A DNA stretch of 64,000 nt from Anthoceros angustus (lineage: Eukaryota; Plantae; Anthocerotophyta), in the NCBI GenBank assembly GCA_010909165.1, contig MU008191.1:310001-374000 (forward strand), in the 5' to 3' direction. The position numbers and the translations under genes were made by a program. The notes beneath the pieces were generated by a model, which was not told where the DNA came from, searched no databases, and saw only the letters and a program-made list of their open reading frames with translations. Each line of letters begins with the position of its first letter. Position 1 is the stretch's first letter. Shown piece after piece: positions 13,081-25,844 of the stretch.

Positions 13081-15291
13081 TTACTCAGGAAGCTCGAGCG
13101 GCTTCCAGGCTGCAAGCAACTGGTCGGGGAAATCGGGACTCACGAATTCCTGCACCACCTCCGCCTGCAAAATCTCCAGCACTCTGGCCGAGGTGACGTA
13201 CCGCGGAGTCTTGTACTGGTTGCCTCCTCCCACGGACACCGCGTACTCCAGAAGCTTCCCGAAGGTGCCTTCCCTCACGACCCGCAGCTTCAAAGAGCCG
13301 ATGGTCTTCGCCACCCGGCCGCGCATATACGGGTTGTTGAAAGACTGGTCCAGCGAGGTGCAGCATTTCTGCAGGACTTCCTGCGGCAGATTTGTGCTGC
13401 TCTTGAGCTCCCAGTAGATGACGTAGCTGCCGGGCCTGGCCGTCATGTCGGCGTGGCTGGTGAAGTCGGACAGCTCCAGGCCCGCGTCCCTCAGTTGGAG
13501 GGCGGCCTTGGCGACAACCGCCATCAGCTCCGCCTCGTCCGTCTTGTCCGTGTTCACACTGAGTACCACGTTCTTTCTACACACGAACTCCACCTTCGGG
13601 GTCTGGTTGTAGAACCCCACCACCTTCACGATATCCGACATCCGGTACCTGTACAATCCTGCAGACACAGATTGCCGTCAGACTCTTCCTTCTCTCCAAC
13701 TGTAGACCAGCAAAACAAGGGGATCTGACAAGCTTCCGAACCTCCATGGCTGGTGGTGAACACCAGCTCGTAGATCTGCCCAACCTTCACATCCGCAATC
13801 CCCACAGGCGGGCCCTCCGAGTAATCGGCAGTGGCAGCAACGTGCAAATCTTCTCCCGCTCCTTCATCCGGCCTGTAAAGCGGGATGAACTCCATGTAAG
13901 CCACATCCGGCACCAAGGTGAAGACGGCGTCTTCCGGCCTGTTCCTAGGGTTCAGATTCGACCCCAGCCAGGCCTCGGAGGAGCCATAGTCTCCAGAAAC
14001 CTGCACACATTTCAACATGATCCGCCATTAATCTTGCCACTCCCGATCGATACTGCATACAGGGTTTCAATCCAAGCATTCCTCACCAAGGGCAAGTCCG
14101 GGCCGAGGTATCTCTGCAACACAGGCACGTACGGCCGCATCGCTCCCGTCACGATCCCGATGACAAACTTGGCATTCGGCCATAGCCGCTTCACGATCCC
14201 CTCCCACTCCCCGCCGGCACACTCCTCCTCCACTCTGCTCGCGGCCAAGGGATCCGGCCCGCTCAGAAGCTTCTCCACAGCCGCACGAATTTCCGGGTCC
14301 CGGACTCGCTCCCAACTCACCTCCCCGGTCCTGAGATCCTCCGCCAGCTCCCGCCACGCCTGCTCCAGGCACCGGAACCCTTCCACCAGCCCGTAGGCGA
14401 ACAGGGAGTTCAGGCTCTGGATCTCCCGATGGAGCTTCAACCCGCACAGCAGGTGGCAATACATGGACTCCCGGATGTCGTATCCGAGAATGACCTCGTC
14501 CGGGCTCACGGTGGCAGGCGGGTTTCCCACCCTGCCCCTCACCCTGTTCTTGAACATGTCACTGCGGAAGAAGGAAGTGCTGTCTGTCGCGGCCACCAGC
14601 CCGCCCTTGGTGGGAAACATCCTCCCAGCGTAGCTGAAGGACACGCATCTGGACCCGGGCTCCAGGGGATACACCCTGCAAGGCGAGCTCAGCACCAATC
14701 CATCCTCTGCCCGGGAACAATGTAGCAAAAGAATTCCAGCTGAGCTGAGCTCACTCACATGTTTCTGAGAAGATCATTCCGCTTGCCCATCTTGAATGCC
14801 GCCTCTCCCTTCCCCTTTGCCGTCACAGGGATCATCTTGGACTTGCCCCCGCTCGTCCCCGAGCTGCATCACAGATTGGGCAAACCGGAGTTCACCGGAT
14901 TTGCAGACAACTTCCTTGAACTCTGCTGCTGCATTTGCAATTCCATTGCCATAGCCATAGCCATAGCCATTGCCATTGCCTACCTCAGCGTGAGCCTGGC
15001 CACGGGCTCTGCAGTCAGGATAGGTGATTTGTCTCCGTCCATGATGCGCTGGATGTCGGCCTCGACGTCGGCATATGTGATGACAGGAACAGAGGCCTTG
15101 AAAGAGGCCTCGTCCGTCCTGCCATTGAGCTGCGTGCGGCGTAGGTACTCCGTGTCGGCATTCTCCTTGAGGATTTTCTCCAGGAGCTGCCTCTGCACCT
15201 CCACAGCGTTCTTCGTGACGTGCTGCAGATCTTCCCACACCTCCTTGTCCCCGGGCCTGAGCAACACCGGCTCCTCCTCAGCTCCTGCCAT
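13081..15291 (-). CDS. GH3: GH3 acyl acid-amido synthetase, copy 1
   Basis: Exons 15291-14984, 14863-14759, 14675-14087, 14000-13742, 13658-13081 splice in frame. Motifs SSGTSGGKSKMIP, DYGSSE, YRYRMSD and QYKTPR. Confidence 0.93.
14945..14980. repeat. Hexamer microsatellite (GCCATA/GCCATT) in GH3 copy 1 intron 1
   Basis: attgcc atagcc atagcc atagcc attgcc attgcc. Confidence 0.8.
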
Positions 15292-15462
15292 TTTCTGTGC
15301 TCTTGTCTAGAGCTGCAGACTCCTCCTTCTCTTGCGCACAACACACAGATGTTCACACCGTCAGCGAGACGCTCTTCATTCCTACCACGTGTCCTCCTGC
15401 GCCAGATAGACATATCCAATAGCACACCGTTTCCTTTCTGTGGACCAAGAATGGGCAAGGAA

Positions 15463-17772
15463 TCAGACAGTGTCCGGCAGAGGCTTCCAGGAGGCCAGCA
15501 GCGCGGCGGGGAAATCAGGGCTCTGGAACTCTTGCACCAGCTGGGCGTCGAGGATGGCCAGCACCTTCGGCGAAGTCACGCAGCGGGGGGTCTTGTACTG
15601 GCTGGCCCCGCCTCCAACGCCGAGGGCGAAATCCGCCAGCTTCCTGAACGATCCTTGCTTCACGACCCGGAGCTTCAAGGGGCCAATGGTGTTGGCTACC
15701 CGGCCGCGCATGTACGGGTTGTTGAAGGACTGGTCCAACAAAGTGCAGCATTTCTGCAGCACTTCCTGCCTCAAATTTGTGCTGCTCTTGAGCTCCCAGT
15801 AGATGACGTAGCTGCCGGGCCTGGATGTGATGTCGGCTTGGCTGGTGAAGTCCACCAGCTCGTTGTCCGCATCTGCGAGAAGGCGGGCTGCTTTGGCCAC
15901 CACAGCCATGAGCTCGGCCTCGTCCGTCTTGTCCGTGTTCACGCTCAGCACCACGTTCTTCCTGCACACGAAGGAGACCTTGGGGGCTTGGTGGTAGAAG
16001 CCCACCACCTTCACCACGTCGGACATGCGGTATCTGTAGAGGCCTGGGAAGATGGAGAGGGGGCCGGGTTCACACAGTCAGAGCTGCAGGGCCGACATGG
16101 GTTTTGCAGGGGAATTGGTTCAAGCTTGTGAGGAGTCGGATCATGGGATTATTACCAGCAAAGTTGGTGAAGACGAGCTCGTAGATTTGCCCAACCTTCA
16201 CATCAGCTATGCCCACAGGCGGACCTTCCAAGTAGACTGCAGTGGAGGCAACATGGACTTCCTCTTGTTCGTCCAGCCTGTAAAGGGGGACGAACTCCAA
16301 GTACACCACGTCAGGCACCAAGGTGAAGACACTGTCTTCTGGAGGATTTAGGGGGTCGAGGTTGGAGCCAACCCAGCCCTCACTGGCACCATAGTCTCCC
16401 GAAAGCTGCACGACACCATAGTCACCGCTTCACCACCTTTGCTCCACAGTGCATTGCTCTTCAAATCAGGACATACAGCAAACAACACAACGTTCACATG
16501 GTTAGAAAGAAACAGGCTGATGAGACTCTCACTCACCAGTGGCAGGTCCGGGCTCAAGTATCTCTGCAACACAGGCACATAAGGAGCCATGGCTCCAGTC
16601 AAGATGCACTTGACAAACTTGGCCCTGGGCCACAGCCTGTGCACCACGCCCTCCCAGACTCCCTTCCCACACTCCTCCTCCACCCTCCGAGCAGCCTCCA
16701 CATCCGGCCCGCCCAGAAGCTTCTCCACAGCCGCACGCATGTCCTGGTCCACCACACGCTTAGCACTCACCGTGCCCGTCCTCAGGTCTTCCACCAGCTC
16801 CCGCCAGGCCTGCTCCAGGCACCGGAATCCCTCAGCCAGCCCGTAGGCGAAGATGGAGTCGATGCTCTCCACCTCCTGGTACCGCTTCAGCCCACACAGA
16901 AGGTGGCAGTACATGGACTCCGGGATGCTGTACCCCAGAATCACCTCGTCCGGGCTCACCCAGGCGGGCGCATTCTGCACCACACTCCTCTCCCTGTTCT
17001 TGAACATGTCGCTCCGGAAGGCTATGGAAGTCCCGGCCCCTGCCTTGAGCCCTCCTTTGGTGGTGAAGACCTTCCCTGCGTAGCTGAAGGACAAGCTCCT
17101 GGAGCCCGGCTTGAGAGGGAAAGCCCTGCCATGGATCCAAGCTCCACCCACCCATGTCAGCAACAAGGCGTGATTAGACACCTGACATGCTCCAACTCTT
17201 TCTGCAATGATTCACCTCGAAGACAATTCTGTCAAGAGTCATCGGATTCTCACTCACATGTTCCTGGCCAGATCAAACCGCTTGATCATGAGGGGAGGAA
17301 AGCTGAGAGACCTGGCCGTGGTGGGGAGCATCTTGGCCTTGCCCCCGCTGGTCCCAGAGCTGCAGTGCAAAAAGGCCCTCAGCACTCAACCACAGCTCCC
17401 CAACTGCAGCGTGCTCAACAATTTCCACCATCACCACATCAGTCCATCTGACCTCAGAGTCAAGTTCAGCACGGGGTCCGCACACAGAATGGGCGACTTG
17501 TCCCCGTCCGCAATGCGTTGCACATCGGCCTCAATGTCCTCAAACGTGATGAGCGGCACGCAGGCCCGGAAGGAAGCTTCGTCGCTCCTGCCATTCAGCT
17601 GGGTGCGCTGCCTCAGGTACTCCGTGTTCCCGTTCTTCTCCAGGATCTCCTGCAGCACCCGCTTCTGCACCACCACCGCATTTTGCAGCTTGTACTGCAG
17701 ATCCTCCCAAATCTCCTTGTCTCCCGGCCTCACCAACAACTGGGCAACCCGGCCCGCCGCCATCTCCACCAT
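15463..17772 (-). CDS. GH3: GH3 acyl acid-amido synthetase, copy 2
   Basis: Exons 17772-17453, 17359-17258, 17125-16537, 16405-16156, 16043-15463, with the same intron positions as copy 1. Motifs SSGTSGGKAKMLP, DYGASE, YRYRMSD and QYKTPR. Confidence 0.93.
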
Positions 17773-17781
17773 CCCCTGCCC

Positions 17782-17809
17782 GGACTCGGACTCGGACTCG
17801 GACTCGGAC
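17782..17809. repeat. GGACTC hexamer repeat just upstream of the GH3 copy 2 ATG
   Basis: ggactc x4 plus ggac. Confidence 0.8.
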
Positions 17810-18081
17810 CTCTGGACTCAGATGAATTCATTCATGCCTTACAAGAATCTTATCCGATTGTAAGCTTCTTGGCTTGGATTATTTTACTCTATACATCACA
17901 TAGGTACTGCGATCTGCTTCGGGTTAGGTGATGTATCGGCTACCTGATTCTTTCGAAGAAGCCCCTCCCCTAGAGGGTGCAGAATGGGTTTCATCAGGTG
18001 TAAGTCCGGTCCCATTACGATAGACCGGCCATTCCCGCGATTAGAACCACACATTGCGGAGTTCCCAGAGTTCACCGGTCA

Positions 18082-19764
18082 TCAGATTCCCCGCCAGTAG
18101 CGCAAGAACTCTGGGTCCTTGTGCAGCTGATCCATCTGGTGGGGGAACAGCCGCAGAGAGGCATCGACGCTTCCAGGCCCGAGCATGCCCGGGTTCAGGA
18201 CCAGCACGAAGGGGAAGTTCTGGGTCACCTGGCGGACGCACGCAGGTTTACCCCACCCGAAATCGCACTCCATGGCGGGGAGCTTGTTGGATCCCATTGC
18301 AGCGGCCCCGTTTCTCGACACTATCGCATGGCTGAAGGCGTCGTGCTGCTCAGACTGCTGGATGAAGTCCGCAATCGCCTCGCTTTTGATGCCCTTGGCG
18401 ATGGCCTGGGGCGGACGGGAGTCAGTCCCGTTCTTCGGTCCATGCCACTGGAGAGGCGGGAGTGAAGGAGGGTGAAATCATCTCACCTGGTGGATGAGGG
18501 TGGCGGCGAAGGAAACAGGGCTGGTGAGGAGCTCCTGGGCCGTGGCCGTGGCCACCACGTTGTAGGCTGCGTTGCCGAAGTAGTTTTGCGGGAGGAAGGG
18601 GAGACGGTCCCGGCATCCGGCTGGGACGATGATGGGCGCTTCCTCGCCTCCGGCAACGTCGCGAGCCCGGGTGATGCATCTCCAGAACAGCGCACACACG
18701 ACCTGGTGACATGAGGAGATGTTGGATGAGTGCATGGCAGCAAGGGTCGTAAGGGGAACGGAGGGCTGGACGTATGTGCTCACCTCGTAGGTGGTGAACC
18801 AGCGGGGAGAATCATGGCCGATTTGGGAGACTGGGAGCGCGTCGGCCTTCAGCTGGCTCAGTCTGTCAGGGGAGAAGCAGAAGTATGTCTCCTTGGTGGG
18901 GGGTATGAGCTTGAGCCGCGACTTGGGGATCATGCCTCCTCCGTTCTTCACCTCCGTGGTGGACAGAAAGTTGAAGCGCTCGGCGATGTCCGAGTTCCCT
19001 GGCAGGATTGCATCGCTGAGCTTCTTCAGGCCGGGAGAGCTGGAAGGGTGCAATAGGGTCCGGTCGTGGAGAGGGGGACTAAGCAGTGGCAGGTTTCTGG
19101 CAATCTCTCCCCAGGATTTGACGAAGGTCCAAAACCCCGTCCCGTCTGCAACAACATGGTTGAAGGCTAGGCCCAGGGCAATGCCTCCGCATTTGAATCT
19201 TGTCACCTGCAGGATGATCAACTTGAGACGTGCATCACAGCTGCACGCGTACATCATTTTTTCATGCCTCTTTTGTACAACTTGGTTCCAAGGGTTTGGG
19301 AATGGTACCTGGATTGAAAGGAGGGGAAGCTTGTGAAAGGTCGTGTGATCACCTTCGGCGTCCGGGGCGGCGATGAGATTGTCAAACAGGTCAGGATTTG
19401 GTTGGAACTCTGGTAGCAGAGAATCCAGAGATGAGTCCGCCTCTGCTGTCACGAATGGAATGCCCGCATCATTGCACTTCAGGGATGGCCTTGCTCCGTT
19501 TTGGGAGTCGTCTATCTCTGTCAGACTTCCTGCAAACGGATAGAAATGCACCAAGGCATCCCCCAGGCTGGACTTCAGCTTCTCAACCAAGCTGGGGAAC
19601 GTGGGAGCCCCTCCTTGAGCCGGAAAGAACAGTAGCCGGCGGATGTAGGGAAAATGCCACATGCGCAGGTCAAAGCAGGATAGGAAGAGGCTTTGAGAGC
19701 CTGTAGGACTGGTGGGACTGATCGTCCAGGACTGCTGCAGGGTCACCATGTCCGCTCTGCTCAT
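18082..19764 (-). CDS. BAHD acyl-CoA acyltransferase
   Basis: Exons 19764-19309, 19206-18784, 18702-18487, 18405-18082. HVVAD (HxxxD), DFGWG, FYPFAG, QVTRFKCGG and YFGN motifs. Confidence 0.93.
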
Positions 19765-20084
19765 CGGATGTGCAATTCAACTTTGAAATAGAAGCCTGAT
19801 GCAGCCAAAGTCCTGAGGCACAGAATGTGAGACTTTGTCTCCAGGCGAGCAACATAGGGTGGAATCTCTCCAAAGTGCCCACCACCTCACAATGCGGTGT
19901 CTCCTGTGAAACAGAAGGGCTTTCTCACCAACCCATTCATGACTTCCAAGAATAGCACGAAGACGCATAACTATTCACGTGGTGCTCGGTATTCAAAGCT
20001 TGTCAGAATGATGCTCCCAGCAGTGGATGGCCGGTGTTGTGGGCTACCTCCCACGATCCAGACTACGTGCATAATTTTTAACCC

Positions 20085-22338
20085 CTACGCGTTGCCCGAT
20101 GCTGAATTCCCCGCTGTTAGCAACTGTTCTGGAAAATCAGGACTCTGAAACTCCTCTAATATTCGGCCATTCAGGATGTCGAGAAGCTTTGCTGACTTCA
20201 CACAGCGTGGGGTCTTGTAGTTACTGTCTCCTCCTCCAAGGCTTTTCACGTACTCGGTAATCTGCTCAAACGTTCCTCCCTGCAACACACGGAGCTTCAA
20301 TGGCCCGTGTGTTTTAGCAACCCTTCCAACCCTGTAGAAGCTGCCGAAGGACTGATCCATGACTGTGCAGCATGTCTGAAGGGTATCGATGGGCAAATTT
20401 TCATCCTTGTTGAGCTCCCAGTAGATTACGTAACAGCCTGGTCGGGAAGTCGTATCTGCATAGCTGGTGAAATCCACAACCTCCAACTGTTCTGCTTTCA
20501 GGTGTTTCGCTGCTTTGGCAACCACCGCCATGAGCTCAGCCTCATCTGTCTTGTCCGTGTTTACACTCAACACCACATTCTTCCGATACATAAATTTCAC
20601 AACCGGAGACTGGTGGTAGAAGCCTACTACCTTCAACACATCCCCCAAGCGGTACCTATACAGACCTGGTCAGGACAAACGTGCAGGTTTTAGATAAAAC
20701 GTGGTTCGGATAGTCTCTAGCATTGCTGGCTACGAGGACAGCGGACGCAGTCTTACCAGTGAAAGTAGTGAACACAGGTTCGTAGTCCTGCCCCACTTGG
20801 AGGTCCCCAAATCCCACAGGCTCACCCTCCGGATGATTTGCAGTGGCAGACACATGAATCTCATCTTGAACTCCAAGATAACCGTCCTTCGCCTTATGCA
20901 GTGGGATGAACTCCAAGTAAACCACATCTGATGCCAAAGTGAACACTGTGTCGTCTGGAGCATTGCGGGGGTTGAAGTTTGAGCCAATCCAACCCTCTGA
21001 GGCACCGTAATGTGCTGAAACCTGCAGGAAGCACAATTCTCATCCTCCTGCTCATAGTCTGAGGAAGAGTAGACGCAACAGATGCGAGCACATTGATGCT
21101 AAAACTAATTCTACTAGTATCCGTTGAGAGCTCACCAGCGGCAATTCAGGGCCTGCATATCTCTGCACCGCAGGCACGTACGGCTTCATGGAACCTGTGA
21201 TGATTGCTTGAATGTACGTCGCGCTTGGCCATAACCGTTTGGCAATTCCTTCCCAGTCTCCGCTTCCACATTCCTTCTCCACTCTAGCCGCAGCCTCAGG
21301 ATCCGGGCCTTCCAAAAGCTTCTCCACTGCAGCTCTCACTTCTTCTTCCGAGACTCGCTCCACGCTCACCGTCCCCGTCCTCAGATCCTCAGCGATTTCC
21401 TGCCACACGTGCTCCAGGAAGCGAAATGCTTCCGAGACGCGATACACAAATATGGAAACAATGGCTTCCACCTTCCGGTAGAGCTTCAGGCCGCACAGAA
21501 GATGGCAATACATGGCTTCCCGCGTTCTCCCAGCGCAAATCACCTCATCCGGGCTCAGCGAAGTCGGGAACGGGAACACTACGTTCTTTGGCCGATTCTT
21601 GTAAGCTGCGCTCCGGTAAAAGACGGCCGCGGCGGATCCGAGAGGGAGGCCGCCTTTTGAGGTGGATGCCTTGGATGCGTAGTTGAATCCCAAGACTTTG
21701 GCACCGGGAATGAGCGGGAATGCCCTGCCACAAGCGCTCAAAAAACATCAACCAGCTATCTCCACAGGATTCCTGCGACCTTCCGTCACAAGAAGCTGAG
21801 CAAGAATCAAACAAGGAGAAAGGTTCAAACATGTTCCGGAACAGGTCGCATCTCCTGAACATCTTGAAAGGAACACCAGCGATCTCTGCCGTCTGCGGTA
21901 TCATCTTCAGCTTCCCGCCTGAAGTTCCAGAGCTGCAGGCACACGCGATCAGTGCAACGAACTTCAATCTCACAATCGATCCAGGAGAAGAAGGAACCTC
22001 GCCAAATCCATCGCCTCCGACAACAATCACCTTAGATACATCGCAGAGATGCGGTCCGCGCACAGAATCGGAGAGGCGTCTCCATCTGCAATCCGCTGCA
22101 GGTCCTCCTCATAGTCCGCATGAGTTGTGAGGGGGATGCAGGCCTTGAAGGATTGCTCGTCGGTCCTGCCATCGAGCCGGTGGCGCTGCAAGTATTCCGT
22201 GCCAGCATTCTTCTTCAAAATGCTCTGGAGCAGCTGCCTTTGCACCTCCACAGCATTCCGCGTGGTGTACTGCACCTCATCCCAGATTTCTTTGTCCCCA
22301 GGCCGCAGCAGCACCGGTTCGAATTCCGCGCTGTCCAT
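20085..22338 (-). CDS. GH3: GH3 acyl acid-amido synthetase, copy 3 (more divergent)
   Basis: Exons 22338-22031, 21932-21831, 21724-21136, 21021-20757, 20665-20085. Motifs SSGTSGGKLKMIP, HYGASE, YRYRLGD and NYKTPR. Confidence 0.93.
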
Positions 22339-22339
22339 A

Positions 22340-22401
22340 GCGTCTCAAACACAGCATCCGGCGTCTCAAACACAGCATCCGGCGTCTCAAACGCAGCATC
22401 C
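22340..22401. repeat. 21-bp tandem repeat x3 directly upstream of the GH3 copy 3 start codon
   Basis: gcgtctcaaacacagcatccg x2 plus gcgtctcaaacgcagcatcc. Confidence 0.9.
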
Positions 22402-22564
22402 CCAGGTCTGAACGGTAAAACTGGAGCTTTCTAGTATAGAAAGTGTGTGGATATGCTGAAAGAGGAGATTCCAGGCTCGCTTGGCTTGCTTTGTTGCTGA
22501 AGGAGGGGATTCAAGCCTTGCAAGGCTTGGCTTGCTCTGTTGCTGCAGCAGCGCAGAGCTGGCG

Positions 22565-23772
22565 ATGGAATCCGGTGGGAGCTTTCCGGGAGGCTTCGAC
22601 ACGCTGGACCGGCTGCTGGAGGCGCATCTGCCACCGGAGGCTCTGGCGCAGGTGCGGAGAGTGATGCTGGGACTGAACGGGACGGAGCCGGCGGGAAGGC
22701 TGGAGCTCCCGAAGCTGCTCCGGACGGTGGCCAGTCTCGGGGACTTCGACATCCAGGGTACCAGTTCTCGGCGGCCAGGGAGGAGCTGCGGCTGCCGCGG
22801 CTGGTGCGGATCGGGCTCATCCAGAACGCGGTGGTGCTGCCTACCACGGCCCCGGTGGCGGAGCAGCGGAAGGCGCTGATGGAGCGGGTGGGAAAGCTGG
22901 TGTCCACGGCGGGGGAGGCGGGGGTGAACGTGCTGTGTTTGCAGGAGGCCTGGACAATGCCGTTCGCCTTCTGCACCAGGGAGAAGGGCTGGTGCGAGTT
23001 TGCGGAGGGCGTGTACGGGAAGAGCACGGCCTTTCTGCAGGCCTTCGCGAAGCGGTACAGCATGGTGGTGGTGAGCCCGATTCTGGAGAGGGACGAGTTG
23101 CACGGCGGGGTGCTGTGGAATACCGCTGTGGTTATTGGCAGCAAGGGGAACATCATCGGGAAGCACAGGAAGAATCATATACCCAGGGTGGGGGATTTTA
23201 ACGAGAGTACGTATTACATGGAGGGGGAAACCGGGCATCCCGTGTTCGAGACCGAGTATGGCAAGATTGCTGTGAATATCTGCTACGGGAGGCACCATAC
23301 TCTTAACTGGCAGGCGTTTGGGTTGAATGGGGCGGAGATTGTGTTTAATCCGTCTGCCACTGTTGGGGAGCTGAGTGAGCCCATGTGGGGCGTGGAGGCA
23401 AGGAATGCTGCTATTGCCAACAGTTACTTCGTGGGTGCTATCAATCGTGTGGGGACTGAGCATTTTCCCAGGCCCTTTACTTCCGGGGATGGCAAGCCTG
23501 CTCATACTGATTTCGGGCATTTCTATGGCTCCAGCTATGTGGCTGCCCCGGATGCTTCTTGCACTCCTAGCCTTTCTCGTTGCAAGGATGGGCTCATGGT
23601 TGCTCTGGTCGATCTGAACTTGTGCCAGCAAGTGAAGGACAAGTGGGGGTTTAGGATGACGGCTCGATATGATATGTATGCCCAGCTCTTTAACAGGTAC
23701 TTGCAGCATGGCTTCAAGCCGCAGATTGTCAGGGATCCTACTTTGGACGAGCATGAGCTGAAACCTTTCTGA
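22565..23772 (+). CDS. PYD3: Beta-ureidopropionase (nitrilase superfamily), intronless, with a 1-nt frameshift near 22757
   Basis: MES...[13 protein letters not shown]-type N-terminus, LQEAW (catalytic E), [13 protein letters not shown] (K), NICYGRHH (C), FNPSAT and HFYGSS. The frame changes at catccagggtaccag, where IQGYQF is expected. Confidence 0.9.
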
Positions 23773-24107
23773 GGTTTGATCAACATCCCTTCGTAATTGT
23801 AAAGAGCTACTTTTCGCCGAGGTGATTTTTGTATATGTAGAAGACCTGTTAGGTAAGAGCTTGCATTCAAAAAGGAGTTTTTCCGAAGTCCTTGACATGC
23901 CGCTGTCTCAGCAGGGAAAGCAGGGAGATGTTAATAGACCTTGCATCAGAGTGGGGCTGATACAGGTTACTCGGAAACTCGATTGTCAGGTTTGTAGGGA
24001 GCATTGAGGTGTTAAAAGTCAACTACCCTCCGTGTTTACATTGTACAGAACTTTTCCATGCAAGAAAGTGTACAAGGGGTCAAAGTTGTGTAAGCAGTGG
24101 ATGGTGG

Positions 24108-25844
24108 CTACAGCTGCAATTTGGTCCTCCACGTGCGGCCAACAATCTTTTTAGGAGAAGGATCATCAACACCTTTGTCCCTCTGGCCCGAAGTCACATA
24201 CAACCAGCCATCCCAGTAGGCAACCAACGCAGTTTTCACACGGTAGGGCAGCTGCCCGAGCGTTCTCCAAGCCTGAAAGGTGACATGGAAGGTGTGAGGC
24301 TGCCCTCTAATGGTCATTGACATGTTTTTCCATGTGAAAAAAGGGTAAGACGGTGAGGCAAGGAAGTCTTACCAGCTGCTTTGTGTCAAGCAGAAACACG
24401 TCTCCGATGAGTACCATTCTTTTGGTCACTGGATTCTTCTCTGTTGAACCACCAGCTGTGATGACCAGGTGCCCAGTTACTGCGGCTGCAAATTCTATAT
24501 GAGAAATAGGCTTGGGCACTGAAGGCAGGGAACCCCATTTGGAAGCCGCATCATCCAACATATATACGTCTCCGTAAACCGTCTGCAAAGTCAGGAAGTG
24601 TCAGCCGAACGCAGGTGCCACACGAGCATGCTGAAGGGGAGTGGAACCAACCTCTGGCTGACGAGAACACTTGAAGATCGGGGAACCTGGTTTGGCGACG
24701 AAGTCTCCCTCCTGCCCACCGATTACGTACAGACGGTCTTCAACCACCACAGAGGCTCTGCTTGCAACATATCACACTGGATTCAGTCGGCACCCAAAGG
24801 GTCCCAGGCCTTCAGATTTGCAACAATCTGCTGCTACCTGTGTGGGCCACCTCGGGGGATGGGAACTTCATTGCGCCACTCACTTTCAAGAGCCTTGCCA
24901 TGCTGTACAGCAAGGCTCCAGTGATCCAATGCAGGCTCTCGACGGTTCTCCTTGCTACCTCCCATAACATGCAGCCTCCCCTTCCATAGCTGGGTAGCAG
25001 GTGCGTATCTGTCGACCACGTCAAACCTATGTTAAACCACTGCATCCGACAAATCCACCAACAGAGGTTGTGATAAGCAGTTTTGGCTGCTTCTTGATAC
25101 CTTGGTACAGGGAGGGGAGGAAGGGTAGACCAATCTCCAGTGCGACTATCAAACACAAAATTGGCAGCTGTTGGTCCTCGACATTGTGGCCCATACTGGC
25201 CTGTGACAACGTAAATGTATTGGCCATCTGTGACCATTCCTAGGTGGGAATGCGCCATGCCCTTCGGCATTTTGATCTGCTTCCCCCAAGTATTATTCCT
25301 CAAGTCGTATACATCTACATGCGAATGCACCTGTTTCTCCAGCATCCAGGAGTGACCAAATCTTACTCAACACATTGTCCAAGACATTGCAACAAGACAA
25401 CTGTCCACTGCAGCTTCAATCACCTCATCAATTGTACTGTATCCTGCGAAAACAAACAAAAGACTGCCAATTTGCACGGCAGCTCCGTCCAGGCGTCTCA
25501 CAGGAGCCTCTGCAACCTCTTCCCACGTCAAGGTTGGCAAGTCTACCTTCTCCTCTTCAATATCCATCTCCTAACAGGTAGCAATTGCGCGAAATGCGCA
25601 ATCAGGTCTTTTCTTGCATGCCAGAATTGGAAGCATGGCAAAACTCTCACTAAATTACCGTGACGGCTTCTTCTACAGCAGGCCCGGAGTCACGGGAGTG
25701 GGAGCTCCATCCCGAAAACATGGCAGTCTGCGTGGAAGCCCACAGCAGGTTTGTGAGCACCACAACGCTGACCACGCTTGCGCATGCTCCTAGGACTGCG
25801 TATCTGCACCACCACCTCCCCTTGGCGTTGTTGGGGTGTCCCAT
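24108..25844 (-). CDS. Kelch-repeat (galactose oxidase superfamily) protein, At3g27220-like, with N-terminal membrane anchor
   Basis: Multi-exon. PVRRLDGAAVQIG..LFVFAGY, SHLGMVTDGQYIY, YAPATQLWKGRLHVMGG, IPRGGPHR and C-terminal WRTKLQL. Confidence 0.88.

Noticed and set aside
13030-19336. Long plus-strand ORFs (e.g. 13030-13728, 15220-16131, 16498-17451, 18791-19336)
   Set aside because: They are antisense shadows of the GC-rich GH3 and BAHD exons and carry no independent motifs.
22387-23898. 503-aa minus-strand ORF
   Set aside because: It is an antisense shadow of the GC-rich intronless PYD3 gene.
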